A stretch of DNA of 55,984 nucleotides from NCBI GenBank assembly GCA_964562415.1, contig CAZLTR010000001.1, positions 4,531 to 60,514 on the forward strand, in the 5' to 3' direction. The notes beneath the pieces were generated by a model. That model ran no database searches. It was not told where the DNA came from and worked only from the letters and a program-made list of their open reading frames with translations. Shown one piece after another: positions 1 through 9,524 of this stretch. The DNA is from an uncultured Hyunsoonleella sp. Lineage in GTDB: Bacteria > Bacteroidota > Bacteroidia > Flavobacteriales > Flavobacteriaceae. Within the stretch, counting starts at the first letter, position 1, and each line of letters opens with the position of its first letter. The position numbers and the translations under genes were made by a program.

Positions 1-146
1 GTGATGCTTTTGACCCTTATCGTGAAAAAGATTTTGAACGTCGTAAAGCCGAAGGTTTCCCTAAACCCTTGTACAAAAGCAATATTCCTACACCAGAATT
101 TACCAAAGCGCAACAACAAGAACGTGAACGTATTGGCGGATGGTAG
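1..146 (+). CDS. 3' end of a gene truncated by the window edge; paralog of the 270..1445 membrane protein family
   Basis: Frame from nt 3 reads DAFDPYREKDFERRKAEGFPKPLYKSNIPTPEFTKAQQQERERIGGW* (TAG 144-146); aligns with the C-terminus of 270..1445 and with 1751..1924. The listed 1..189 ORF is the wrong frame. Confidence 0.85.
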   Translation, partial: DAFDPYREKDFERRKAEGFPKPLYKSNIPTPEFTKAQQQERERIGGW

Positions 147-269
147 ACAGTATAAATTTGAATATCATAAATACAAGTTTTCAGAATAGAAAGGTACTTA
201 AAGCATTTTTTTGAAAACTAAGACGGTATACAATAGTTACTGGTGTTAGCGGGAAGTATTAAATAGATT

Positions 270-1445
270 TTACCAATTATTAATTTTCTTTCGTTCTGCT
301 CGTTGTTTACGCGTAGATTCGGGTGTATCGAAATAACTTGAGTACAATGGTTTTAAAAATTTTTTTTCTTTCCTTTCTTTATAGTCAATTTGTCTATGAG
401 GATCAAAAACTTTACCAGGAGGCAAAGGCCTTCTTTTATCCATGTACCAAATAATAAAAGAGTAAAATTCGTCACAAAATTTTCCTGTGTATAGATTAAA
501 TATCCCCATATTATCATTTTTGTTACTTACATCTTTTGTGACTAAAGTATAACTCGACCAACCTCTAGAGTCATTCAATATTTTATGAAACTTAAACTTA
601 TTAAAAGGGATAGTAATGGTCTTTTTATTATAATGAGAGCAAGGGTAAGTAATAGTATTTTCTTTTCTGTTATAAACAATTACTTTTTCTCCAATAACAC
701 AAAAAAGAAATAAATTAAATAAACCTATTAACATTGGTATAATATAAATTAAATTAACAATAGATAAATGTTTAAAAAGATTGAAAATACTACCATTGTA
801 ATTTATACTACCAATTATTAAAATGAATAAACAAAAAAAACATCCTATGCCAAAAAATATTTTGAAGTTTAATTTCGTTGAAGTTATGTTTTGTATTAAC
901 TTTATGTTGTTGGCAATTATATATTCTTTCTTCTTAAGATGTTCTAATATTATATGAACCTCTTTTTTAGGGCTTGTGGTAATTTTTCTGTGTAAAGGAG
1001 AATAGTTGAAAATATTGTTCTCATACTTAAATTCTTTAAGAGTGTAAAATAAATTGATATAATATCTTTCGTCATAATCCATTAGATATTTTTTAGATGT
1101 ACTATCAATTTTGATTAAAATATATTTTGTTATCAAATCATATCCTTCATCACTTGTTCCGTAATTTATAGTTAATGTTATATCATTAATTTGATTTTTT
1201 TTGTACTCCTTATGTATCCAAAAAAAAATCAGATTTTTTACGATTAATCTTTTATCATCTATTTCCAAGTAATACAAGAAGTAACCTCCAATAGCAATTA
1301 TAAATATGGCAGTAGGTAGTGACCAGTATAAATTTTTTATTTCATAAAAAAACACTGAAACTATAGGCAAACTTATTCCGATTAGAAAAAAGAACATTCC
1401 TTTTGTGAAAAAAATTTGTTTTTTAAGACTAGTAGAATTGGGCAT
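270..1445 (-). CDS. Hypothetical multi-TM membrane protein with conserved WYMDK.RPLPPG...PLY...TPE C-terminus (possible immunity-type family)
   Basis: 391-aa ORF with two pairs of hydrophobic helices; very AT-rich; C-terminus homologous to two nearby fragments. Confidence 0.75.
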   Translation of the reverse strand: MPNSTSLKKQIFFTKGMFFFLIGISLPIVSVFFYEIKNLYWSLPTAIFIIAIGGYFLYYLEIDDKRLIVKNLIFFWIHKEYKKNQINDITLTINYGTSDEGYDLITKYILIKIDSTSKKYLMDYDERYYINLFYTLKEFKYENNIFNYSPLHRKITTSPKKEVHIILEHLKKKEYIIANNIKLIQNITSTKLNFKIFFGIGCFFCLFILIIGSINYNGSIFNLFKHLSIVNLIYIIPMLIGLFNLFLFCVIGEKVIVYNRKENTITYPCSHYNKKTITIPFNKFKFHKILNDSRGWSSYTLVTKDVSNKNDNMGIFNLYTGKFCDEFYSFIIWYMDKRRPLPPGKVFDPHRQIDYKERKEKKFLKPLYSSYFDTPESTRKQRAERKKINNW

Positions 1446-1750
1446 TCAATATTTTTTAAGTTATGTTAACTCAAAATTACTGACATTGTTAAAACACAAA
1501 AAAAGTAAGTATTGACGCATAACACACTACGATTAATCACAGACCAAATATAAATATTTTATGTATACCCTATTAAGAGTAAATATCAAATTTTATATTT
1601 AGTGCTCTCATAAAAACACACGGATTTTTCAATTTTACTTAGACCTCTATATATATAATGTGCACCAAGTATGGGCGTTTTTTACGAAAGGTAAATAATT
1701 AATCTAGGGCACAATCCCTTATGGGCAGAGGTAAGACTTCAATCATTTAG

Positions 1751-1924
1751 ATGGATAAAAACCGTCCCTTACCTCAAGATACTGCTTTCGACTCTTACCA
1801 TGATAAAGACTTTGAGCGCCGTAAAGCCGAAGACTTCCCTAAACCCCTATACCCTAGCGCTATTAGTACACCAGAAGCGACTAAAGCGCAACAAGCAGAA
1901 TGCAAACGTATTGGCGGATGGTAA
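1751..1924 (+). pseudogene. Orphan C-terminal fragment of the same paralog family
   Basis: MDKNRPLPQDTAFDSYHDKDFERRKAEDFPKPLYPSAISTPEATKAQQAECKRIGGW*; in-frame TAG immediately upstream (1748-1750); high DNA similarity to nt 1-146. Confidence 0.8.
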
Positions 1925-2095
1925 ATAGTATTGCAGTATTGAGCCACTTAATAATAGAATCGTGTAAAACAACACACATTAACACTCATAGGGCTATACA
2001 GACGAAATACACTCTTGTTATAATTTTTATAAGTATCAATAATCTATTAGATTTGTAAGAATACATGCAACTATTGTAAAAAAAAATTAAAACCA

Positions 2096-2728
2096 ATGCC
2101 CTTAAAACTAAACGTAAGCTATCAAGAGAAAGAAGAGGCTAAATCTAAAGGTGCTTTTTGGGACACTGAACATAAAACGTGGTATGTGCCAAACCATAAA
2201 AACTATAACGATTTTTTAAAATGGATTGACACCGATAACTATTCAATTATTGCAAAGCCTCCCTTTTATGTCGCTCTTAACAAAAGGATCTGTTGGAAAT
2301 GTTCTGAAGTAACACAAGTAATTGCATTAGCTTCCAACACATTTTACAAATTAGATGATGAGAACGACGCATCTCCAAAATGGTTTGAACAAGACTACTT
2401 TAGCTTTTTTAATATGCCTAAATATATAAACCCAGAAGTCATCCAACGTGTTCAACAAAAATTTCCTTTTTATAAATTTGGCTACTCTAAAACAATTAAT
2501 GGTAAGTATTGGGCCAACCATTGTCAAAAATGCAATGCGCTACAAGGCGATTTTTTTAATCATAATGAGCCTGGCGGGGCGTTTTTTCCAATTTCAATAG
2601 AAGAATGTCGAGATATCAAACTCTATGAAGTCCCCTCTAAGTTTGATTTAACTTTAAATGCTGGAACCGCAATAAGCAGTAACGAAGACATGATTTTAGA
2701 AAACGCTACTCAATTTAAATGGAATTAG
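2096..2728 (+). CDS. DUF5710-domain protein with putative zinc-binding C-terminal region
   Basis: N-terminal LNVSYQEKEEAKSKGAFWD..KTWYVP matches the DUF5710 pattern; two CxxC motifs (CWKC, CQKC). Confidence 0.75.
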   Translation: MPLKLNVSYQEKEEAKSKGAFWDTEHKTWYVPNHKNYNDFLKWIDTDNYSIIAKPPFYVALNKRICWKCSEVTQVIALASNTFYKLDDENDASPKWFEQDYFSFFNMPKYINPEVIQRVQQKFPFYKFGYSKTINGKYWANHCQKCNALQGDFFNHNEPGGAFFPISIEECRDIKLYEVPSKFDLTLNAGTAISSNEDMILENATQFKWN

Positions 2729-2768
2729 TCTTTGTACTACAAAGGCTTTTGACAAAAACATTGAAAAT

Positions 2769-3204
2769 ATGAAACTAAAATTCAACATTGAAAAAAGTAA
2801 GGAAACTGAAAAGAGCGGAATGTTTAAAAAAAAATGAGGTTGATATGTATTTACTAACGGCATCATTTTATCCAACAGAAAAAGAATCTAAAATATTTTT
2901 GGAACATCCTTTATTTAAGCACCTCGTCTTTATGGAATATAATGAAGTGGACAAATGGGTCTCAGGATTAATTTTTAAAGATAAACATCAAGTTGATAAA
3001 ATTAAACAAATTTCTGTTAACTCTATATTTGTTAATTCTGATTACACCTTTAGAGCCTATAGCATCAATCGCATTTTAGAATTAAGACTTTTAGTAGTAG
3101 AAGCTGTAAAGTCTTTTGTAGAAACTGTAGCTATTTTAGAAAAACTTGAAGGTACCGAAGAATTTGATATAACCATTGATGCGCTAAATTATTCTGAAAG
3201 TTGA
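2769..3204 (+). pseudogene. Hypothetical protein, apparently frameshifted at an A9 tract (2826-2834)
   Basis: ATG 2769 gives MKLKFNIEKSKETEKSGMFKKK*; removing one A joins it to ...NEVDMYLLTASFYPTEKE... of the 2788..3204 frame, which otherwise begins at a TTG. Confidence 0.55.
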
Positions 3205-3558
3205 AAACGATTGGTCCACAAAAGTAAAGGTTACAATACCCTTAAGCATTTCTCCTAGTGCCAACAGGTATTTTGTAATGGTGAAACTATATGTCATTAT
3301 AAGGTATTCTGTTTTCTAAAACTATTGAAATTTATACCTGTGTAGTCATACTATTTTTTGTTAAAGCTTAAAATTCTACTAAATTTACGTTTGTAAAAAT
3401 TTAGAACCCTACTATTCAATGATGTTGTTTAGATTAGGAAAAATTTTGGAAAACGAGTTAAAAGACAAATTAAACAGTGAACGTGCAACACCGCAAGTAA
3501 GTACTTATTAACTATTATACTTTTCACAGACTAACCGCTATACATTGTTACTTATATC

Positions 3559-4230
3559 ATGGCTAAAAAATTTAACACAAGTAATTTATCTCAACTAGAA
3601 TTGGCTACACAACTAAGAAAGCCTAATGGTGAAGATGGAAAAGAAATCGGCAAACAGATGAATAAGGGTAATAAACATATTTGTTTAAACTCTTATAAAA
3701 CACTACAACCCCAACCCAATAGTTTAATTTTAGAAATAGGAATGGGAAACGGCCTATTCATTAAAGACTTATTACACCTAGCTAGTAATTTAAAATATAT
3801 AGGGCTTGACTTTTCTCAAACAATGGTTAATGAAGCTACAATTTTAAACAAGAGCTTTATTGATGCTAAAAAAGTAACATTTGTAAATGGGTCCATTGAG
3901 AATTTACCTTTTAATGATAACAGTATTGATTACGTAACTACTACAAATACCGTTTATTTTTGGCCTAATCTTAAAGAAAATGCCAAAGAAATTTATAGAG
4001 TTTTAAAACCTAATGGTAAAGTTTTAATAGGATATAGACCTAAGGAACTTATGAATAAAATAGAATTAACAAAACATGGTTTTAACAAATTCACAAAAAA
4101 GGAAATAGAAGACCTTTTAAATGATACTGGGTTTCTAGAAATAAACACTACTATTATTTCAGAGCCTGATTTAGATTTTGATGGAAAACCAATGAAAATG
4201 GAAGGCTTATATAGTATTGGTGTAAAATAA
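3559..4230 (+). CDS. Class I SAM-dependent methyltransferase
   Basis: Motif I ILEIGMGNG, GLDFS, LPFNDNSID, EIYRVLKPNGK. Confidence 0.9.
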   Translation: MAKKFNTSNLSQLELATQLRKPNGEDGKEIGKQMNKGNKHICLNSYKTLQPQPNSLILEIGMGNGLFIKDLLHLASNLKYIGLDFSQTMVNEATILNKSFIDAKKVTFVNGSIENLPFNDNSIDYVTTTNTVYFWPNLKENAKEIYRVLKPNGKVLIGYRPKELMNKIELTKHGFNKFTKKEIEDLLNDTGFLEINTTIISEPDLDFDGKPMKMEGLYSIGVK

Positions 4231-4473
4231 AATACCAGTATTATATAAAACACACAGGCAAAACGAAGCGTTTTAATAATATGAGGGCTTTTTTAAGAAA
4301 ACTCTACAAATACACTTATATTGAACCAAATTTTAACATAAATCGAGGTTTTAGACAAACTGACGTTTTTACACTATGAAATGGGTTCGAACTTTTTTTG
4401 ATTCTAGCGTCAATTCTAGGTTTTTTGGTCAATTGAAAAAAGTTTAAACCACTGCTATATACCTAAACTCAAA

Positions 4474-5022
4474 ATGACATTAGAAGAATTATTAAATGAG
4501 TTTTACATTCAAAATGGAATTTCTAAAGACGGTGGTGTTACTAGTAATACTTTTGAATTTAAAGTATTTGGATTACAACTTAATTTACCTAATCCAAAAT
4601 TTAGAAAAGAAGCACTGCACATTCACGATATTCAACATATACTAAACCATCAAGATACGTCATGGAAAGGCGAAGGCTTTATTGCTGGATGGGAAATAGC
4701 AACAGGACTATGGAAACACATTTTACTAGGAATGATGAGTTTATGGGCTATGGGATACAGCTTATGGCTTTACCCTAAAGCCGTTTTTAATGGATTTAAA
4801 AAAGGGTTAAGTAACATAGGAATTATCGATTTAAAACTAAGCAAATCAGACTTTATGAAAATGGAGTATTCTGAACTTGTTAGAATAACCCAAAGAAAAA
4901 CGCCTTTAGATCTAAAGGGGGTACAATGGTTTAAATTTTTGTTTTGGATACTGATAAGTCAAATTGTTTTTCTTTTTCCTTTATTACTAATAGGAAGTGG
5001 ATTGCTATACCTTTTACAATAA
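4474..5022 (+). CDS. Hypothetical membrane protein with an HDxxH...GE...WE putative metal-binding motif
   Basis: 182-aa ORF; HIHDIQHIL...WKGEGFIAGWE; C-terminal TM helix. Confidence 0.65.
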   Translation: MTLEELLNEFYIQNGISKDGGVTSNTFEFKVFGLQLNLPNPKFRKEALHIHDIQHILNHQDTSWKGEGFIAGWEIATGLWKHILLGMMSLWAMGYSLWLYPKAVFNGFKKGLSNIGIIDLKLSKSDFMKMEYSELVRITQRKTPLDLKGVQWFKFLFWILISQIVFLFPLLLIGSGLLYLLQ

Positions 5023-5031
5023 AATTAAGAG

Positions 5032-5060
5032 GTACAGCACGAATTTCACTTGCGCTGTAC
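5032..5060. terminator. Hairpin between convergent genes
   Basis: GTACAGC(AC)...(GC)GCTGTAC inverted repeat between the stop at 5022 and the hipA stop at 5107. Confidence 0.5.
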
Positions 5061-5106
5061 TATATAACAACTGCAGTATCGTATCACAAAAATCCTACTA
5101 ACCTCA

Positions 5107-6411
5107 CTAAAACCGTTCATGTAATAGTGTTTGCTGTATTCGTGTTACATAATCTGGTGCAACTCCTGCCATTTCTGCAAATACCTCCCAACGTGCTACC
5201 TGAGCCTTTACATGTGCTATAATAGCTTTAGGACGTTTTATATTCATCGCTTTGGCCACAACTAGAAAATCCTCTAACAAAATATGTTCACGTTTGCCAT
5301 TAATAGACAAGGCATGTTGACTCACCCATAAACTTCCTGGCCGGTACGCATGGCAAATATCGTATGCAGGTGTGATTTCCCAGTCTTCACCTTGACGCAA
5401 TCGGAATGCAAAGTTTTTGGTATGATCATCACAATTTCTAGCTATGACATTAAACACCATTCTTAAATACATCTGCTCGGCTTGCGGGTACGGCAGTCTT
5501 AACTCTCTCATGGTTTGAAACAGTTGTTCGTAACTGTATTGCCCCACATCGTTATAATCGTAATGCTGCATGGCACATAAGGTTTGGATATGATGTTTTA
5601 CCCCACCTTCTTCTCTATCGAAACGCTGGGTTAAAAAATGAGCTCTTCCATGCTCTTCTAAGAGCCGTGACGGCATCATATCGATACCACAGGCTAAAGC
5701 CATGTGGTAGTAGGCCATTTCGATACGTCCATAACCTTTTGTGGTACCAAATTGTGCATCGTCTACCCCGTCTAATTTTATTAAATAATGTTTAAACCCC
5801 TTAGGGCAAGAGGTTTGGCCAGAACGCACCTCGCCTGTAGCTTCATTATAGGCTATAATAGCCTTAGCACGCGCACCACCTGCAGAAGTTCCTATCGTTA
5901 AAATATCCTGCATGGCATTCAATTCGTTGGCAGCCATATTTGTTGTAAAACGCTCACGCTCATTAAGCATTGCAGCAGCCACCGTTACTAAACTGTCCAT
6001 TTCTAAACTAAAAGGATCTGTCCGTTTGTTGGTGGAGGGTTCAAATTCTATTGCGCCCATACCCCTCGTACCTATAAAACACAATTTTTCTACAGGGTTC
6101 ATACTATCGGCTGGCCGTCCTTGCTGCGCCAACCACGTGTTTATTAATCGGTTTCCATAGCGGTCTGGAAGCACATCGGCCAAAAGCCCTGGCAATCCAT
6201 TAAATGTATGTTCTATACTATCACGCTTCGCTCTTAACTCAGGAAAACTATACACCATACCAGCACGCAATTGCATTTTTAAGGGGGCCACGGCATACCC
6301 TTTATCTACAAAAGAAGGCGTGTATTCAAAACGCGCCAATTGTTGGGCTTCATCCCACAGTACAGCACCAACAGTGGTGCCCCATAATTTTAATAGTGCA
6401 CGATCTATCAT
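5107..6411 (-). CDS. hipA: HipA family Ser/Thr kinase toxin (type II TA) with N-terminal HipA-coupled domain
   Basis: TSAGGARAKA P-loop, LIKLD, RFDR, RNCDDHTKNF catalytic loop, TPAYDI; ATG 6411 overlaps the antitoxin stop (TAATG). Confidence 0.92.
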   Translation of the reverse strand: MIDRALLKLWGTTVGAVLWDEAQQLARFEYTPSFVDKGYAVAPLKMQLRAGMVYSFPELRAKRDSIEHTFNGLPGLLADVLPDRYGNRLINTWLAQQGRPADSMNPVEKLCFIGTRGMGAIEFEPSTNKRTDPFSLEMDSLVTVAAAMLNERERFTTNMAANELNAMQDILTIGTSAGGARAKAIIAYNEATGEVRSGQTSCPKGFKHYLIKLDGVDDAQFGTTKGYGRIEMAYYHMALACGIDMMPSRLLEEHGRAHFLTQRFDREEGGVKHHIQTLCAMQHYDYNDVGQYSYEQLFQTMRELRLPYPQAEQMYLRMVFNVIARNCDDHTKNFAFRLRQGEDWEITPAYDICHAYRPGSLWVSQHALSINGKREHILLEDFLVVAKAMNIKRPKAIIAHVKAQVARWEVFAEMAGVAPDYVTRIQQTLLHERF

Positions 6412-6761
6412 TACCAATCACTTTTTTTAGGCGCTGTTCTATTTTGAACTGAAGGTCTTACACGCTGTTTCGTTTTATCTTTTAACTTCACCGCTTCTAA
6501 AGGACTTATTTGTGTTGATGCAGAAAACTCATCTAATATATATAAGGCTTCTAAAGCTCTTAATACTTGTATGAGTACCAATAATGTTACCGATCCACCA
6601 TTTTCAATTTTTCCAATAGTATATCTATTCAACCCTGTAGTATTGGCAATCTCCTGTTGGGTTTTACGGCGTTCTATGCGTCTATCCTTTACAAATGTCC
6701 CGATATGCGTTAAGATCGCAGCATCTGTCATTGCATACCATTTAATGTTAGTTTTTTCCAT
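6411..6761 (-). CDS. XRE-family HTH regulator, HipB-like antitoxin
   Basis: KTQQEIANTTGLNRYTIGKIENGG Cro/C1 HTH; translationally coupled to hipA. Confidence 0.88.
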   Translation of the reverse strand: MEKTNIKWYAMTDAAILTHIGTFVKDRRIERRKTQQEIANTTGLNRYTIGKIENGGSVTLLVLIQVLRALEALYILDEFSASTQISPLEAVKLKDKTKQRVRPSVQNRTAPKKSDW

Positions 6762-6894
6762 CGTTACAGCATTTTTAGAGAATAAAGTTAACTTTTACCA
6801 ACACAAAGGTACAAAAAAATAATTATATTTAATGATAGCATTTAACAACATTAAAACAAATAAAGACACTTAATGTTAGTATATAATAACATTA
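6743..6894. promoter_or_regulatory. Four 24-bp palindromic operator-like sites, consensus TAATGTTA-N8-(T/C)AACATTA
   Basis: 6743 TAATGTTAGTTTTTTCCATCGTTA; 6783 TAAAGTTAACTTTTACCAACACAA; 6830 TAATGATAGCATTTAACAACATTA; 6871 TAATGTTAGTATATAATAACATTA (perfect 8-bp arms). Confidence 0.65.
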
Positions 6895-8049
6895 TATGTT
6901 TTCAACTCTCTTTTGTCGCTTGTAATGCCGCCCATACCATATCAATACGCCAGTTACAGGCATGGACGCACAGAAGAAACTTGCTAAAAAAGCTATAATT
7001 TTTCCAATAATGCCGCCTATTGCTCCTATATGAATGTCATAATTCATACGAATCACTTTATCTGCAATACCAGCATCTCGATATCGCCCATAAATACTAG
7101 GCGTTTCTACAGCTTCTAAGGTATTTTGATCGAAAAAAAGATAATCCATATTATAGTACAAACCTTTGGACTGACTAACTTCTACTAGTATCGCTGTGGT
7201 ATCATTTTCGGGGTAATGCAATTCGTAAGTAGCAGCCTCTGGATAAGTCTTGTATAACTTTGGAATAAGCTTATCGTAAATAGGGCCAAACTGGGATGTA
7301 CTTGTATAGGCTTGGGCACTTTTTGGCATGATAAATTGTGGCGCCTTATCGCCTCCAGCAGCTTTATAAGTTATAAAATAAAACCAATTAAATGCCATGA
7401 CACAGCCTGTAAAACCTAAAATTAAAGCGAAAGCAGAAACATAAAACCCAATAACGGTGTGCACGTCGAAATTTTTGCGTTTCCATCGGGTTGTCGCTTT
7501 CCAGTCGAACTTTAAACGTTGCTTCCAATTTTTTTTATTTCTAGGCCACCATAGTATAAATCCACTAACTAAAATGACCAAAAACAGTAAAACGGCGTAG
7601 GCCACAACTCGACTTCCAATAGCCTCTGGCAACCAGAGGCGCAAATGGCCTTTTAGCACAAAAGCAAAAAAACCCGAGTTATGATCGACACGTTTTATAA
7701 ATGCGCCTGTATAGGGGTTTAAAAATACACTTTGGCAAAACACTTCTGGTGTTGCCTGATAAAACACAACTTCTATAGCTTCATTAGGTTGTCCATAAAT
7801 TACCCCATGAATGGTTTTATCTGAAAGTATCATTTCTGCTTTAGCCTTAACCACACTTGCCGAAATATAAGCCCTGTTTTGAGGCCTTACATATTTATAG
7901 GTATCGTAAAATCCTTCTATTTCTGCCTTAAACACCCATAAACAGCCCGTTAAGGCCACTATAAAAAGAACAAGCCCTGTAGCCAGTCCTAATACTTTGT
8001 GTACTTTTAAAATAATAGCACGTTTGCGGTTCTTTTGTTTTACTGCCAT
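6892..8049 (-). CDS. PepSY-associated TM helix protein (putative ferri-siderophore reductase/utilisation)
   Basis: His in TM segments: KVHKVLGL, LKGHLRLWL, FDVHTVIG, YDIHIG; NPYTG motif; downstream of the TonB receptor. Confidence 0.88.
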   Translation of the reverse strand: MAVKQKNRKRAIILKVHKVLGLATGLVLFIVALTGCLWVFKAEIEGFYDTYKYVRPQNRAYISASVVKAKAEMILSDKTIHGVIYGQPNEAIEVVFYQATPEVFCQSVFLNPYTGAFIKRVDHNSGFFAFVLKGHLRLWLPEAIGSRVVAYAVLLFLVILVSGFILWWPRNKKNWKQRLKFDWKATTRWKRKNFDVHTVIGFYVSAFALILGFTGCVMAFNWFYFITYKAAGGDKAPQFIMPKSAQAYTSTSQFGPIYDKLIPKLYKTYPEAATYELHYPENDTTAILVEVSQSKGLYYNMDYLFFDQNTLEAVETPSIYGRYRDAGIADKVIRMNYDIHIGAIGGIIGKIIAFLASFFCASMPVTGVLIWYGRHYKRQKRVENI

Positions 8050-8071
8050 AATGATTGTAATGTGAGATTCT

Positions 8072-8134
8072 AAAAAGAAGGCGCATACATAAAGCGCTAA
8101 AACAGGTATGCACTTCTAAACAATTAGAAGTGCA
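8072..8134 (-). terminator. Two overlapping, mutually exclusive hairpins (terminator/antiterminator-like)
   Basis: Perfect 11-bp IR TGCACTTCTAA-N4-TTAGAAGTGCA (8109-8134); on the minus strand its 3' arm AGAAGTGCATAC can instead pair with GTATGCGCCTTCT, which is followed by a T-run. Confidence 0.5.
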
Positions 8135-8161
8135 ACACTGTTTGGTTATGAATTGGAAGGG

Positions 8162-9508
8162 TTAGTTACTTATTTTAAAAATTCCCTTCAAGCTAAGTCC
8201 TTTTATCTTAGCGCCTTTACTCGCCGTAGCTGTAGCAGGATCTATACGGTATACATAAGATTCACCATCGGCCACAGAAGTTTCTCCCAGGCCAATTGGA
8301 TTACCTGTTCTTGCGCTTATATATGCTTTTCCATTTTCAACAAAAAGTGGCGCAGTGTAGCGGTTAGCATGAAGTGGCATGCCTTGTACCGTCGTTACTG
8401 TTTGTGCTTCTAAATCTAAAATAACCAATCTAAAGAAAGGCCCTTGCTCTGCAAATGCAGCCCAGTCTGGCAGACCTTCTTGTGCTAAAACTCGAGCTAA
8501 AGCTTTACCATTACCTATGTAATCTGCCCAGAATAGCTTTCCGCCATTGATTGCGTTTTCCACATCGAAAAAATAATCAGGGTCAAAATCTGTTGTGCCC
8601 TTTTTAATACGCAGCAGCCCAGACGTATTTTGGGTTTCCTGAATTAATCCAGCAGCCTTAGATCCCGCAGAGTACGAATACACTGTGCCAGAATTGTCTT
8701 TAAAAAGACCATAATGTCCATCTACACCTATTACATTAGTACGATCGTCTTCAATTAATTGATCTAATGTAAAATCTGGATAATTCAACACCGCGATATA
8801 AGCTTTATTACCATCTATTAAATTAAAACCGCCTTGGGTATCTAATTTATGATAAGAGATAAATAATTTACTATCTCTAAACGCCATACCATTGATATGA
8901 GGTACATAATTTTCGAAAAGTTCACCATCACTTTTATGATCAATAGGATGACTAAACTTTCCTGTAACTTTACCCGTTTTTGTATCCACTACCGTAAATT
9001 CTAAATCTGGTATATCTCCATCGAAAACACCTCTGGCAATTAAATCTACGATAACTAAAGTATCGTCGTTTATGTTTAAAAAACGCTTGTCAAAATTATT
9101 AGTAAGTGTAAAATTATTAACTGATTTTAATGCACCTTCTGCATCTAATTGGTATACCAAGCCTTGATCATCTGCTGCAAATCCAACAGATAATAAAGAC
9201 GCTCCTGCTTGGTGAAAATAACGCCAGCCTTTTTGAGGTAAGCCTTGTCCTTCCACTGAGATTTCTCCCGATTCTAAATCGGATAGTGCTGCCATGTCTA
9301 ATACGAAATCTACAGGCTGCTCTCCTCCTACAGGTAAGGCTTCAAAACCTACAACATATTTAGACACCTTTGCTGCTGGTTCTGGTTCAGGGTCGACAGG
9401 CGCTATTGGTTCTATAATAGCATCATCATCATTACCGCATGATGAGAGGAAAAATAAGGCCACCAAAATGGCGAAAAACGGTTTAAATATTGATAATTGT
9501 TGTTTCAT
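8162..9508 (-). CDS. DUF4374 family lipoprotein
   Basis: Lipobox LSSC followed by acidic NDDD; SGLLRIKKGTTDFDPDYFFD, YVYRIDPATATASKGAKI. Confidence 0.85.
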   Translation of the reverse strand: MKQQLSIFKPFFAILVALFFLSSCGNDDDAIIEPIAPVDPEPEPAAKVSKYVVGFEALPVGGEQPVDFVLDMAALSDLESGEISVEGQGLPQKGWRYFHQAGASLLSVGFAADDQGLVYQLDAEGALKSVNNFTLTNNFDKRFLNINDDTLVIVDLIARGVFDGDIPDLEFTVVDTKTGKVTGKFSHPIDHKSDGELFENYVPHINGMAFRDSKLFISYHKLDTQGGFNLIDGNKAYIAVLNYPDFTLDQLIEDDRTNVIGVDGHYGLFKDNSGTVYSYSAGSKAAGLIQETQNTSGLLRIKKGTTDFDPDYFFDVENAINGGKLFWADYIGNGKALARVLAQEGLPDWAAFAEQGPFFRLVILDLEAQTVTTVQGMPLHANRYTAPLFVENGKAYISARTGNPIGLGETSVADGESYVYRIDPATATASKGAKIKGLSLKGIFKISN

Positions 9509-9524
9509 GATTTCTAATTTTAAT

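Noticed and set aside
1-189. 62-aa ORF in frame 1
   Set aside because: Frame 3 matches two paralogs in the window, so frame 1 is a shadow ORF.
225-260. TGTTAGCGG resembling an attC-like core site
   Set aside because: No matching inverse core, repeated sites or integrase in the window.
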